DNA of 64,000 nucleotides from Candidatus Latescibacterota bacterium (GTDB lineage Bacteria; Latescibacterota; CBDEFO01): positions 2,976,001 through 3,040,000 of the forward strand of contig OZ252149.1 in assembly GCA_965248755.1 (NCBI GenBank), given 5' to 3'. Position numbers and translations under genes: made by a program. Of the stretch, positions 1-10,155 are shown one piece after another. A model generated the notes under the pieces. The model searched no databases, had not been told where the DNA came from, and was given only the letters and a program-made list of their open reading frames with translations. Every line of letters starts with the position of its first letter. Position 1 is the first letter of the stretch.

Positions 1-73
1 CCCTCATGAATGTGATATGGGGAATGTCGGATCGAATCTTAACCTGGCATGAATCTGATATGGGGAACGTCGG
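1..73 (+). mobile_element. Right end of an IS1380 copy (cut by window edge) plus a second degenerate IRR-like copy
   Basis: 1-30 matches the last 30 bp of the IS (33927-33956); catgaatctgatatggggaacgtcgg at 48-73 is a diverged repeat of it. Confidence 0.75.
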
Positions 74-273
74 CTATAAGCCGTTCGACTTCGACCGTTA
101 TGAACTAAACGTAGGACACTGGAAATTGAAAAAGAAGGAGAACCAATTCTTCATAGCTCATGCAATTAATGATGGTCGGAATTATACGTTGCCTATAGTT
201 TTTATAGATAAAAACTGGTTGGCATTAGGCAATAGAGAGTTCCGGAGAGCGAGCCAGTGGGAATAAAAGAGAG

Positions 274-1002
274 ATGAATACAGAGAGAATAAAATATTTA
301 ATGAATAGAGCAATAAAGTACCCTGCCTTTTTTGACGAACACAATATTAAATTAAATAATGTAGTTGATGTAGGTGCTCAGGCGGGACAAGTTTCTCTAC
401 TCTGCCTTAAAAGGAACCCACAGGCCAGAGTATTGGCAATTGAGCCAGTTAGAGAACACTTTGAAGACGCTAAAGAAGTTATTGGGGGATATAAGAACGT
501 CATCCTTGTAAAAAAGGCGGTGGCAAGATATAAGGGCACAAGACAGATAAGATTTAGAATGAACCCTTCTGGTTTTTTTTCAAGTGGACATCTAGTGGGG
601 CTAGATCCTAAGTATGATGTATTGCAAGAGTCAGAAGAGGTGGAAACTGACACACTTTTAAACATACTTAATCAATTCGGCTTCCAACATGTAGATTTTA
701 TGAAGATAGATATTGAAGGAGCGGAAGTTCTTCTTATAGATGATTTAAAAGAGATCGTTAAGTTTACAAATTGTTTCAATATAGAATTATTTGAGTATCC
801 CAAAGAGGATCACTACGAAATATTGAAAATATTTTCGGATGAGCAATTTAGATGTTTTGATGAACTGAGGGGGATAGAATTATTCAGCCTTGAAGGTGTT
901 AGAAACTATTTACGCCTTCGAGATAATGTACCAACATTATGGTATCTCAAGAACCGGGAGGATACAACTGAACATAGAGGATTGGATCAAAAGACAGGCT
1001 GA
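274..1002 (+). CDS. FkbM-family SAM-dependent methyltransferase
   Basis: VVDVGAQAG, VLAIEP and DFMKIDIEGAE motifs. Confidence 0.85.
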   Translation: MNTERIKYLMNRAIKYPAFFDEHNIKLNNVVDVGAQAGQVSLLCLKRNPQARVLAIEPVREHFEDAKEVIGGYKNVILVKKAVARYKGTRQIRFRMNPSGFFSSGHLVGLDPKYDVLQESEEVETDTLLNILNQFGFQHVDFMKIDIEGAEVLLIDDLKEIVKFTNCFNIELFEYPKEDHYEILKIFSDEQFRCFDELRGIELFSLEGVRNYLRLRDNVPTLWYLKNREDTTEHRGLDQKTG

Positions 1003-1035
1003 TTTCCATACGGGAAGCTGTCAGAATAGTGGTAG

Positions 1036-1118
1036 ATACATAAGCACGGACTCCGTAGATAGGGCACCCTGAAAGACATGACTGCTGTCTTCAGGCTTGT
1101 GAGTCCGTGCTTATGTAT
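1036..1118. repeat. 83-bp element with perfect 18-bp terminal inverted repeats and an inner hairpin (MITE-like or structured RNA)
   Basis: ATACATAAGCACGGACTC at 1036-1053 and its reverse complement at 1101-1118. Confidence 0.6.
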
Positions 1119-1192
1119 ATGTCATGCAAGCTACAGGGTCGCCTTAACTGCATCTAGATCAATGTTGATCCCTTCATGATCAAAGACATTCA

Positions 1193-1460
1193 TTAGACCA
1201 GACCAGTGTGGTTCTTCTGCATCAATCTCCTCTCGAAATGGATTGAAAACTGGTGGATGGCCAAGCTCCAATCCCTGATGGGCTTCGTCCACTGCTTACT
1301 GATATTTCTTAACGTCATATACAATAATTTAATCGCTGCCACGTCATTTGGGAAGGTGTTTCTGTTCTTTATCACCTGCCGTAGAGAGTTTTTGAGCGAT
1401 TCGATGGCGTTTGTCGTGTAGATCACCTTTCGGATCTCTTCACAATAGGCGAAAAACGGG
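1193..1460 (-). pseudogene. IS256-family transposase C-terminal fragment
   Basis: FFAY.EEIRKVIYTTNAIESL...FP.D.AAIKLLY...W..PIRDW motif; no N-terminal part. Confidence 0.8.
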
Positions 1461-1494
1461 TTTAAAGCCCTCACGCTCTGCGTGGGGGTTCTTT

Positions 1495-1790
1495 ACTACA
1501 TCCGGTGGTGAAAACATCTCGACAATAGCAGTGGAACAGACGGTAGTCAAACACCCAGCCGTTCTGGAGTGTGCCGTTGTTGCTGTACCTGGGTTGTACC
1601 TGATGAAAAATGGGGTGAATGCCCCAAGGCTTTTGTCACCTTGAAAGATTCTGAGTATGCCACCGAAGCGGAGATCATCGCATTCTGCCGGGAACATCTG
1701 GCTCACTTCAATTGCCCGGATGCCGTGGCGGCGAACTGCCTAAAACCTCCACTGGCAAAGTACAGAAATACGTGTTACGCGATAAACGAA
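1495..1790 (+). pseudogene. Frameshifted C-terminal fragment of an AMP-binding acyl-CoA synthetase
   Basis: SGGENIST..VEQ....HPAVLECAVVAVP and DEKWGECPKAFVTLK lie in different frames. Confidence 0.75.
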
Positions 1791-1870
1791 TCAACTAATT
1801 CGGCTTGCGGAGTGCTCTCTGGCTGCCATTTCTATTGGCATTTATATTTTGCGAACCGACATTGGAGGAC

Positions 1871-3043
1871 GTGATGTATACAGGTTTTGATTTCTATAAA
1901 CTCGATAGCCAGCTAAGCGAAGAACAGCGCCATCTACGCAATCAGGTGCAGACCTACGTTGAGTATCACGTGCATCCCTATATCAATCCATATTGGGAGC
2001 GGGCTGAGTTTCCCTACGAAATCGTCATGGGTTTGAAAGACCTACGTATTATGGGTGGAACCCTAAAAGGGTACGGTTGCGCCGGACTCGATTCACTGGC
2101 AATGGGATTGGTCGCGTGTGAACTGGCCAGGGGAGATGGTTCAGTTTGTACTTTCTATATCGTCCACTCGGGGTTGGCCATGGGATCTATTGGGTTACTA
2201 GGTTCTGAGGAACAGCGTGAGCGCTGGCTACCCAAAATGGCGCTATTAGAAAAAATCGGTGCGTTCGGACTCACCGAGCCTGAGCGTGGCTCCGACGCTT
2301 CTCATGTGCTAACCTCCGCTCGCCGTGAGGGAAAGAACTATATCCTGAATGGGGCCAAGTCCTGGATTGGCAATGCTTCTATTGCTGACTTGATTATCAT
2401 CTGGGCCAGGGATCAGGAAGGCGGGTTCGGCGGTTTTGTCCTTGAGAATCCTCGTGAAGTTGACGGGGTAAAGATCGAGGATATTACCGGAAAGATCACC
2501 ATGCGTGCGGTTCCCACTTCCCACATCACACTTGAAAACGTCCGGATTCCCGAGGCCAATCGGTTGGCAGGGAGCCACTCCTTTCGCGACACAGCCAGGG
2601 TGCTCACTTACAATCGCTATGCGGTTGTCTGGGAAGCCCTTGGGTTAGCCGCAGCCGCTTTTGAACGGGCGTTAAAGTATACCAAAGAACGAGAGCAGTT
2701 CGGACGACCACTTGCCGGCTTCCAATTAATCCAGGAGAAGCTGGTAGAAATGGCCGCTGAACTAACTCAGATGCAATTACTGTGTTTTCAACTTGCACGG
2801 CTTATGGCAACCGATCAGATGAGCGAGGGCATGGTGTCTCTGGCTAAGTACAACAATGCCCGAAAAGCTCGCCACATTGTTGGGCTGGCTCGGGAAGCCA
2901 TGGGAGCAAGCGGCGTGCTGCTCGAAAATCACGTTGCTCGTTTCTTTACCGATGCCGAGGCTATTTACACCTACGAAGGCACCAATGAGATTAACCTGCT
3001 TATTGCTGGCCGCGAAATTACAGGCATAAATGCAATCGTCTGA
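1871..3043 (+). CDS. Acyl-CoA dehydrogenase (glutaryl-CoA dehydrogenase-like)
   Basis: GAFGLTEP..GSD, LNGAKSWIGN, REQFGRPL..FQLIQ and YTYEGTNEI motifs; RBS ggagg before GTG/ATG. Confidence 0.9.
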   Translation: MMYTGFDFYKLDSQLSEEQRHLRNQVQTYVEYHVHPYINPYWERAEFPYEIVMGLKDLRIMGGTLKGYGCAGLDSLAMGLVACELARGDGSVCTFYIVHSGLAMGSIGLLGSEEQRERWLPKMALLEKIGAFGLTEPERGSDASHVLTSARREGKNYILNGAKSWIGNASIADLIIIWARDQEGGFGGFVLENPREVDGVKIEDITGKITMRAVPTSHITLENVRIPEANRLAGSHSFRDTARVLTYNRYAVVWEALGLAAAAFERALKYTKEREQFGRPLAGFQLIQEKLVEMAAELTQMQLLCFQLARLMATDQMSEGMVSLAKYNNARKARHIVGLAREAMGASGVLLENHVARFFTDAEAIYTYEGTNEINLLIAGREITGINAIV

Positions 3044-3324
3044 TCAGGCAAGTTATTATCGGTTAATACCCCCACGTTCTACATGGGGGTTCTTTACTTA
3101 GGTAAGGACATTTCAGGAGAGGGGAACTGCCGCATTTGCTAACTAGCAAGTAATAGGGTTTCATGGCATCCCTGGATTCCCGTTTCCACGGGAATGACAT
3201 TAATTCATGAAATTGTTGCGCTTCCTGAAATTGAGGGGACTTCTTTCTCATCTCCTCAAACATCTCCAGGTTTTCCACATCTTCTATCCGCTCTAACATC
3301 TCTCTGTGCTCACGTATATGACAC

Positions 3325-3720
3325 TTAAAATATGACAGCCCCCTGCCTGGGGACCGGTGTTATAAGCTGACCGCAGGCGGCGGAGATATCTCTGAGCCGA
3401 TCTATGCCGGGCACAAATCCTGCCGTGGAGACGGTTATCTTGCGAGCGCCGATCCCGAGTCCCATCTCCAGACCCATGAGCCTTATGGCCCTGACCACGT
3501 TTTTGTAGTTCAGGAGCGGCTCTCCCATACCCATCATCACCACGTTGGTGATGCCGTCGTCTATCTGCTTATGATGTCTCCTGACGGATATGAGCTGATC
3601 TATAATCTCTGCGGCAGAGAGGTTCCGTATCAGCCCCATCCTTGCGGTCGAACAGAAGGTGCATCCCAGAGCACACCCGACCTGAGAGGATACGCAGACC
3701 GTCCTGCGTTTCCCTTCGAC
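3325..3720 (-). pseudogene. rlmN: Partial, internally deleted duplicate of rlmN
   Basis: Near-identical to 9330-9660 joined directly to the 3' end of rlmN ([15 protein letters not shown]). Confidence 0.85.
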
Positions 3721-4386
3721 GTCCTCAAGTGCATATCGAAGGACTTTCACGTTAGGATGGTCTAGACCGAGGACCTTCTTACTGATTGTCAGTGCCCGCT
3801 TGAAGAGAGGCTGGATCTCACACCCCTTACCTCCCAGCAGTCCCTCTGGGCACGTTGAGGTCTAGACCAAGCTGTTTTGCCACCAAAAGTTGCATGGCCG
3901 AATTGAAATTTAGAGTGGATTGATCGGTGCCACTAGCACCGCCAGAACCACCCATAACCAGCTGCGGAACCTGACGTTTTGCATAAGCATCAGCCCAAAA
4001 CTTCATCACCTTTTCGTAAGTCTCAAGCTTTATCTTTAAGGAGCCGTCTGCCTTCATTATCAGCCTTTTGCGTTCGGCTTCGCCCTGGCCCAGCAGGATT
4101 TCGCGCTGCTTTTGGAGTTCTGCGGCCTGCCGCTGCAGCTTGGCTACCTCAAGCTCCTGTTGGGCTCGCAATTCGGCGACCTCTTTTTCCTGCAGGGCTT
4201 CAACCACAGCACGAATCTTCTCCTCCTCCTTTTCGTACTGGGCTTTAATGACATTGGCTTTACCTACGGCCTCTTTAGTCAGCTTTTCCTGCTCGGCCTG
4301 CTGCGCTTTGGCCCGAGCAGTAGCCACCGCCATTAATGCTTCCTGTTGAGCAGAAATCTGAGCTGAGACCTTTTTCTCGTACTTAT

Positions 4387-6012
4387 CCGACATTCCCCAT
4401 ATCACATTCATGAGGGATTATATTTCGATACATTCTTGTTTCTGAATTAATATTACCACTTTTACATTTTTCAACAAGTACTTTTTTCAATTAAAATAGT
4501 ATTTTCCTCTGAATTATCACTTTCTTTGTGTTTAAATCCTCCAATTAGAGACACCTCTCCATCGACTCACAAAAAAATGTGGCAGTTTAAACAGAATAAC
4601 ATCGCAATCGTTCAATCCGGGATAATATTTCGGCAAATAACCTCTTGTCTATCCCAACCTCAGCCATTTGAAACGTAATATATCCGCTGTGTCTGACAAT
4701 CTTCGCTCCGATTTTGATAAATTTCACGAGGAGGCTGCGTAGTGACCAGTGTTTGATTTTCTTCGGAAGAACAAAACGTCGCAGGAAGTTGCCCAAGTTG
4801 TAAGCCAGAACAAACAGCCAGAGCCTCACCTGATTGGAGACGAAACGCTTGCATGAGAGTCGGGTCCAGTTCAGAGCATACTTGCCCTCCTTAATCCACT
4901 GCTCAGCTCTGCCACGGCCATTGTAGAAGTGTACCACGCCTTCTGGCTTGGCGCTCATGTTGGTCACGATAAATCCCACTCTTGGGAATAACTCCCCTTG
5001 GTGCCATTCAACCTTGGCGACCACTCGCCTCGATTGATCCCAACTGGCCGCTTTATATTGAAATTCATATAACGATACAATCGGTTTCCTCGGCGGTCGT
5101 CCAACTGGCCGAGTCAGCAGGTATCGTATCTTTTCATAGAGTATCTCATTTGCGGGAAGCCGAATGGCATACAAATAGCCGTTTCCCTCCAGATAATCAT
5201 AAATCTCAGGCTTTGCGAATGCAGCATCGCCTCGAAAGTATTTCCTATTCTTCTTGCTCTCGTATCTCTTGACGATCGGTTCCAGAACTTCCTTCCAACG
5301 ATCAGCACTGTGAACATTACCAGAGCGAAGTAGGACTCCTTCACAATCCCCGAACTGATTGAAGCAGAACACTGGATGAAAACAGGTACATCCGAAATGA
5401 CCGTTGTAAGCTGATCCTTCCTGCTGGCCATGTACCGGACTCTCCGAACTGTCCATGTCCAGAATGATTCGTTGATGCTGTGTTTTACTCATCGCTTTTT
5501 GAACCCACTTGCCATTGATATCTGACAAGTTTCTGAGATTGTCATGCTGAGTCAGTATATCAGTTTCAAAACGTCCTATCGTGTTGGAGCTGGCAGCTTG
5601 CCTGCCTTTGTCCTTCTTTCCGGTAATCGCTCGCATGACGGGATCAACGGATAATCGCTCGGCGTCATTTACATCTTCATATCCTGCAAGACGGCTGTAT
5701 ATCGATTGACGCAGGAGAGTAGATATATCATGTTGGATATTACGGCCTGTGCGTTTATCGGTAAAAACCGCTGATACCGAATCAAATAATCCCAGTGCGT
5801 AATCAAGGTCACGATACGCAAGAAGTCCACCGTTTGATGTCACCTTTGCACCATGAAATTCAAGCTTTATTCCTCCATCAAAACCTACTTTCATTCTTTC
5901 ACCCTCTGGATGATCAATATTTATCCGCCATTTATGAGTCTTATTTATTGTAATATAACATGTTCTGGCGACTTTGACAACCATTTTTCGGGTCTAATAT
6001 GGCGAATGGGGG
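4387..6012 (-). mobile_element. IS1380-family element, copy 1 (1626 bp)
   Basis: Imperfect IRs cccccattcgccatat / ccgacattccccatat; flanks ATAAT/ATAAG (imperfect TSD); matches copies 2 and 3. Confidence 0.95.
4587..5984 (-). CDS. IS1380 DDE transposase
   Basis: GYEDVND, LDMDSS..P.HG.QEG, RGDAAF and YNGRG.AEQWIKEGK motifs; true start may be further downstream. Confidence 0.95.
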   Translation of the reverse strand: MVVKVARTCYITINKTHKWRINIDHPEGERMKVGFDGGIKLEFHGAKVTSNGGLLAYRDLDYALGLFDSVSAVFTDKRTGRNIQHDISTLLRQSIYSRLAGYEDVNDAERLSVDPVMRAITGKKDKGRQAASSNTIGRFETDILTQHDNLRNLSDINGKWVQKAMSKTQHQRIILDMDSSESPVHGQQEGSAYNGHFGCTCFHPVFCFNQFGDCEGVLLRSGNVHSADRWKEVLEPIVKRYESKKNRKYFRGDAAFAKPEIYDYLEGNGYLYAIRLPANEILYEKIRYLLTRPVGRPPRKPIVSLYEFQYKAASWDQSRRVVAKVEWHQGELFPRVGFIVTNMSAKPEGVVHFYNGRGRAEQWIKEGKYALNWTRLSCKRFVSNQVRLWLFVLAYNLGNFLRRFVLPKKIKHWSLRSLLVKFIKIGAKIVRHSGYITFQMAEVGIDKRLFAEILSRIERLRCYSV

Positions 6013-6764
6013 ATTATACTCCTTAATCTCAAAGTTCGCTAACCTTATTCCAAGACCCTCAAACGGACTATGCTGGTAAGCAGTCTTACCAGAAGCATCA
6101 CGTTTAATGATCTTATAAGTTCGGGTAATCTCTTCGCCCGAGATTTGGTCAACCACTTTCTTGGTCTCTTCGGTTGTCTCGTAAAGGCCATTCTGGATCT
6201 GATCCCATGCCCAAAAGTTAAAGTCAGTACGCTTTTCCGAGTAGGACTCTCGGGCTGACATGAGGTTGGCCGTCAAACGGAGTGCATTTCGAATAGTGGG
6301 CAGAATCAGCTTTTGCTCAACGTCCCGGTAGCTTCTGTAACCTGCTACGACGACCAAATCCACAGCTTGAGATTCTGTCGTTGGTAAAACGATACGGCAC
6401 GTACCAGAGATTTTGCAAAGAGAACCATCGTTAAAGCGTACCTCAATGCTCTCGTCACGCCTTGCTCCTTCACGGTCGTCGGCCGTAAAATAAAAAGTTT
6501 CCGCTTTTGGCCAAGCTTCTATATCGCCAAAAAACTGCGACCAGAGACCTGGCTCCATCTTAGCTTTCATGGTGCCGGTGATGGCTGTCTGTTTTATTTG
6601 GTAGGTTCCCTTCTCAACTGTCTCAAATAGCTGACCAGCAATAGCCACCGCCACAATTATACAGGCTCCGATAACGGAGAGCATTACTATCCTACGGGTA
6701 TCCATTGTATCCTCCGTTGGTGTAGAAATACGAGTACCCATTGCATCCCTTACTGACGTAGAAG

Positions 6765-7106
6765 TTACGACTCCTGATCCTCTTTGTTCTTCTGTTCCCT
6801 CTTAGAGTCTGAAATGGTCCGATCGAATTGACTCATTTCGTGCTCTATTTTTAACTCGTATGACCTCCTCTCTATCTCCTCAAGTTGCTCGTCAATATCG
6901 GCGATCTCTTCTTCAGTCTTTACCTCCTCTCTTAATAGTTCTAGTTCTCTTCGTTTCTGTTCTAACTCATCTTTTCTCCATTGGATTATAGCATCGGTAT
7001 CCTCCTCCTTTTTTTGGGGGGCAAGTCGGTCAATTAATGGCCTACCTACAAACCAAAAGAGAAGAAGAAATACCACAATAACGAGTAACCACGAAAAACT
7101 AAACAT
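6765..7106 (-). CDS. Hypothetical membrane-anchored coiled-coil protein, upstream partner of the SPFH gene
   Basis: RBS aaggag, N-terminal TM helix, Glu-rich coil. Confidence 0.7.
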   Translation of the reverse strand: MFSFSWLLVIVVFLLLFWFVGRPLIDRLAPQKKEEDTDAIIQWRKDELEQKRRELELLREEVKTEEEIADIDEQLEEIERRSYELKIEHEMSQFDRTISDSKREQKNKEDQES

Positions 7107-7420
7107 GGCCTACTCCTTTCTGGTATGAGATATTCTCTAATGTTGTGGATGGAGTTTGAGCGTATCCTTCCTTTCTCCCTATCTCGGGGATTTATGAGTT
7201 TGATCTCCTGGGGAAAGGCAGGTGAGGCAGTCCACAAATATAGAGATGCAATCATAAATGCTTTGGAACGTTGCTTTATTTTGGGAGTTCCTTTCAACTC
7301 AACTCACTAGCTGAGAAGAAAAAATCGAAAGCATCAAGAATCGCCAACATTCAATATGTTTAGAGATGAGCTGGTTCTTGCGTGCTATCACTGTTTTTGG
7401 GGGTGGTGGGTACAATTTCG

Positions 7421-7550
7421 GCTTAAGGGCCGTGCATAAAGCAAGGCGGAATTTTAAACCGCTTACCTGTCTTCCGAGACCGATGTTTATTTATAGTTTT
7501 TCATATTCATTTACCACACTCTGCCCGCTTTGCTTTATGCTATGTTGGGC
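7421..7550 (-). other. attC-like integron recombination site
   Basis: R'' GCCCAAC just after the Kelch stop; long inner IR gcataaagcaaagcgg / ccgccttgctttatgc; degenerate R' cTTAAGC. Confidence 0.6.
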
Positions 7551-7555
7551 GCGGG

Positions 7556-8357
7556 TTATTTATTTTTCAGTTCACCAATTAAAGTGCTTTTAGGGTTATT
7601 ATCTCCTCCAATGATGTAAACCTTGTTGTCAAGTTGTGCAATACCAAACCGGTTTCTCCATCCTGGCATTGGATCTAACTGTGTCCACAGGTCATTTTCA
7701 AAGTCGTATCGCTCTATTGGTCCTTTGTCCTGTCGAACTCGTCCGGCTATGGCATAGGCATAATTGTCTATGGTTACAAGTCCGAAGAAGCCCCTTGGTG
7801 TCGGCATTTTTGATTTTGTTTTCCATTTGTCAGTATCGGTGTCATATTCCTCTACAATGCCTGTTGGCCCGGTATCTGTATAACCGCCCACAACCAGTAT
7901 TTTGTTCTTAATTACAACTGCCGAATGTCCGTGTTTTGGTGTGGGCATATCAGCCTTTCGTGTCCAGGAATCTTTTTTAGGGTCGTACTGCTCAACGGCA
8001 GTTGAATTCTTACAATCGTTGTCGTTTGTTCCTTCAAGGCCTCCTATTGCATAGATTTTTCCATCATACGCAACTGTTGCCAGTCTGCTCCTTGAAACCG
8101 TCAGGTCTTTACAGGATGTCCATTTTTTTTCAATTATGTCATACTTCTCTATTGTTGACGAATACTGCCTTGAATAGTCCATGCCTCCGGTAACGTAAAT
8201 CGAGTTTGCAAGAATTGTCCCGCCAATAAAAAGTCTTGGTGTCGGTAAGGAGTCTAATGTTGTCCAACTGTCGGCATTGGTGTCATGGACTTCAAAGGCA
8301 CCTCCATTGTCTCCGCGTGAATAAAAACAAGGTCAATATTGTCAAAGTCTTTGTCAT
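7556..8357 (-). pseudogene. Kelch-repeat protein with frameshifted/deleted 5' end (gene cassette)
   Basis: Repeated IY.IGG...VE.YD....W motifs; intact frame 7556-8182; signal-peptide start at 8357 does not read through. Confidence 0.8.
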
Positions 8358-8439
8358 TTTAACTTGCGCCCAACTTGTTTATATCCGAACTATTTCTCAT
8401 ATCTTTCTATTTAGCCTGATTAATTCATAAACTTGCTGG

Positions 8440-8643
8440 AGTCATTGCCAGGGGCAAAGCGACGAAGCAATCTCAAGGTTTTATAGTGGTCTCCTATGCG
8501 AGCCGGAGAGTATTACATTTACCAGAAAATCTAGATCGCTTCGCATTCGGCTCGCAATGACACCCAAGGTGGTAAACGGCATAACTAAATATAGTACAAT
8601 CCCTTAATTAATAGACGGCTTTTTTTGTGAATTATTCGGGTTA
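8440..8643 (-). repeat. Composite MITE/IS-end plus gtcattgc..gcaatc palindromic repeat; second copy at 58961-59150
   Basis: cccgaataattcacaa..aagccgt.tattaattaag.gattgta is shared in inverted orientation. Confidence 0.65.
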
Positions 8644-8709
8644 GGTGTGATATCCGAACTTCAGATATACATTCCTTTGGGTAAAAGACCAACAGTGCTT
8701 TGTTTTCAC

Positions 8710-8891
8710 CCGACACTTCCCCTATCACATTCATGCGGGATTATGTTTCGACACAATCTTGTTTGTGAATGAATATTACCAGTTTTACATTTTTCAGCAA
8801 GTAATTTTTCAATCAAAATAGCATTTTCCTCTGAATTATCACTTTCTTTGTGTTTAAATCCTCCAATTAGAGACACATCTCCATCGACTCA
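8710..8891 (-). mobile_element. Diverged IS1380 right-end remnant abutting the rlmN stop
   Basis: Aligns to 4387-4569 with scattered substitutions. Confidence 0.8.
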
Positions 8892-9986
8892 TGAAAATAT
8901 AACAGCCCCCGGCTTGGGGACCGGCGTTATAAGCTGACCGCAGGCAGCGGAGATGTCTCTGCCCTTACTCTCTCTGAGTGTGGCTGTTATATGGCTGGCA
9001 ATCAATATCTCCCGAAAGCTCTCTATCCGCTCTCTGGAAGGGCGTTCGAACTCAGCTTCAGGGTCGGGGTTATAAGGTATGAGGTTCACTTTGGACGGAA
9101 GGCTCTTGACTAACTTTGCCAGCCTTCTGGCGTCGTCGTCAGAGTCCGTCTCTCCTTTTATAAGGACGTACTCAAATGTGATCCAGCGCCCAGTCTTGTG
9201 GGCAAACTCCCTCCCAGCGTCTATAAGCTCCTGGATAGGATATTTGCCGTTGATCGGCATCAGCCTTTCCCTGTTCTTATCCGTAGTCCCGTTCAGGGAT
9301 ATGGCGAGGCCTACTCTGAGCCCTTCGTCTCTGAGCCGTTCTATGCCGGGCACAAATCCGGCTGTGGAGACGGTTATCTTGCGGGCGCCGATCCCGAGTC
9401 CCATCTCCAGACCCATGAGCCTTATGGCCTTGACCACGTTCTTATAGTTCAAGAGCGGCTCTCCCATACCCATCATCACCACGTTGGTGATGCCGTCGTC
9501 TATCTCTTGCTGATGCCTCCTGACGGATATGAGCTGGTCTATAATCTCTGCAGCAGAGAGGTTCCGTATCATCCCCATCCTTGCGGTCGAACAGAATGTG
9601 CATCCCAGAGCACACCCGACCTGAGAGGATACGCAGACCGTCCTGCGTTTCCCTTCGATGATCAGGACGCTCTCTATCGTGAGTCCATCCTCAAGCTGGA
9701 AGAGGAACTTTACGGTCTTACCGTCGGACGATGTCTGCCTTTCGATCTCTTTCAGACTGCTCACAGTCGCAATCTCTCGCAACTTATGTCTGAACTCTTT
9801 GGAGAGGTCGGTCATCAGGTCGAAGTCAGCCGCGCCTTTGTCGTATATCCACGCAAGGAGCTGCTTGTGCCTGTACTCCTCCTTACCCAGCGGGGCAATA
9901 AAAGCCCTCAACTCATCGGGCAGCAGACCCTTGAGATCTACTCGTGTGTCAGAGTTGGTATTATGCTTCACGGGGGAAAGTTTCAT
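8889..9986 (-). CDS. rlmN: 23S rRNA (adenine-2503-C2) methyltransferase RlmN
   Basis: CVSSQVGC...C.FC, MGMGEP, LAISL, FEYVLI and DISAACGQL motifs. Confidence 0.95.
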   Translation of the reverse strand: MKLSPVKHNTNSDTRVDLKGLLPDELRAFIAPLGKEEYRHKQLLAWIYDKGAADFDLMTDLSKEFRHKLREIATVSSLKEIERQTSSDGKTVKFLFQLEDGLTIESVLIIEGKRRTVCVSSQVGCALGCTFCSTARMGMIRNLSAAEIIDQLISVRRHQQEIDDGITNVVMMGMGEPLLNYKNVVKAIRLMGLEMGLGIGARKITVSTAGFVPGIERLRDEGLRVGLAISLNGTTDKNRERLMPINGKYPIQELIDAGREFAHKTGRWITFEYVLIKGETDSDDDARRLAKLVKSLPSKVNLIPYNPDPEAEFERPSRERIESFREILIASHITATLRESKGRDISAACGQLITPVPKPGAVIFS

Positions 9987-10155
9987 TTGTATTACCTTTG
10001 TATTACCTTACCGAAAAAGTTAGCTTCAAATCTGCACTATATCTTACGCACTAACGATAGCAGGTGAAACCTGCAGATACTGACATACTATATTAACAGA
10101 TGGCACCAGAATCCAGCAATTGTTTCGGCCATTAAGGTCGCAAGGAATCGTTATC

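Larger units (their letters stand above)
3827..6741 (-). pseudogene. SPFH/band-7 (flotillin-like) membrane protein split by IS1380
   Basis: N-terminal half 6013-6741 (TM helix, VRFNDG, ..NFEIKEY); C-terminal coiled-coil half 3827-4386 (YEKKVSAQI..). Confidence 0.8.
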
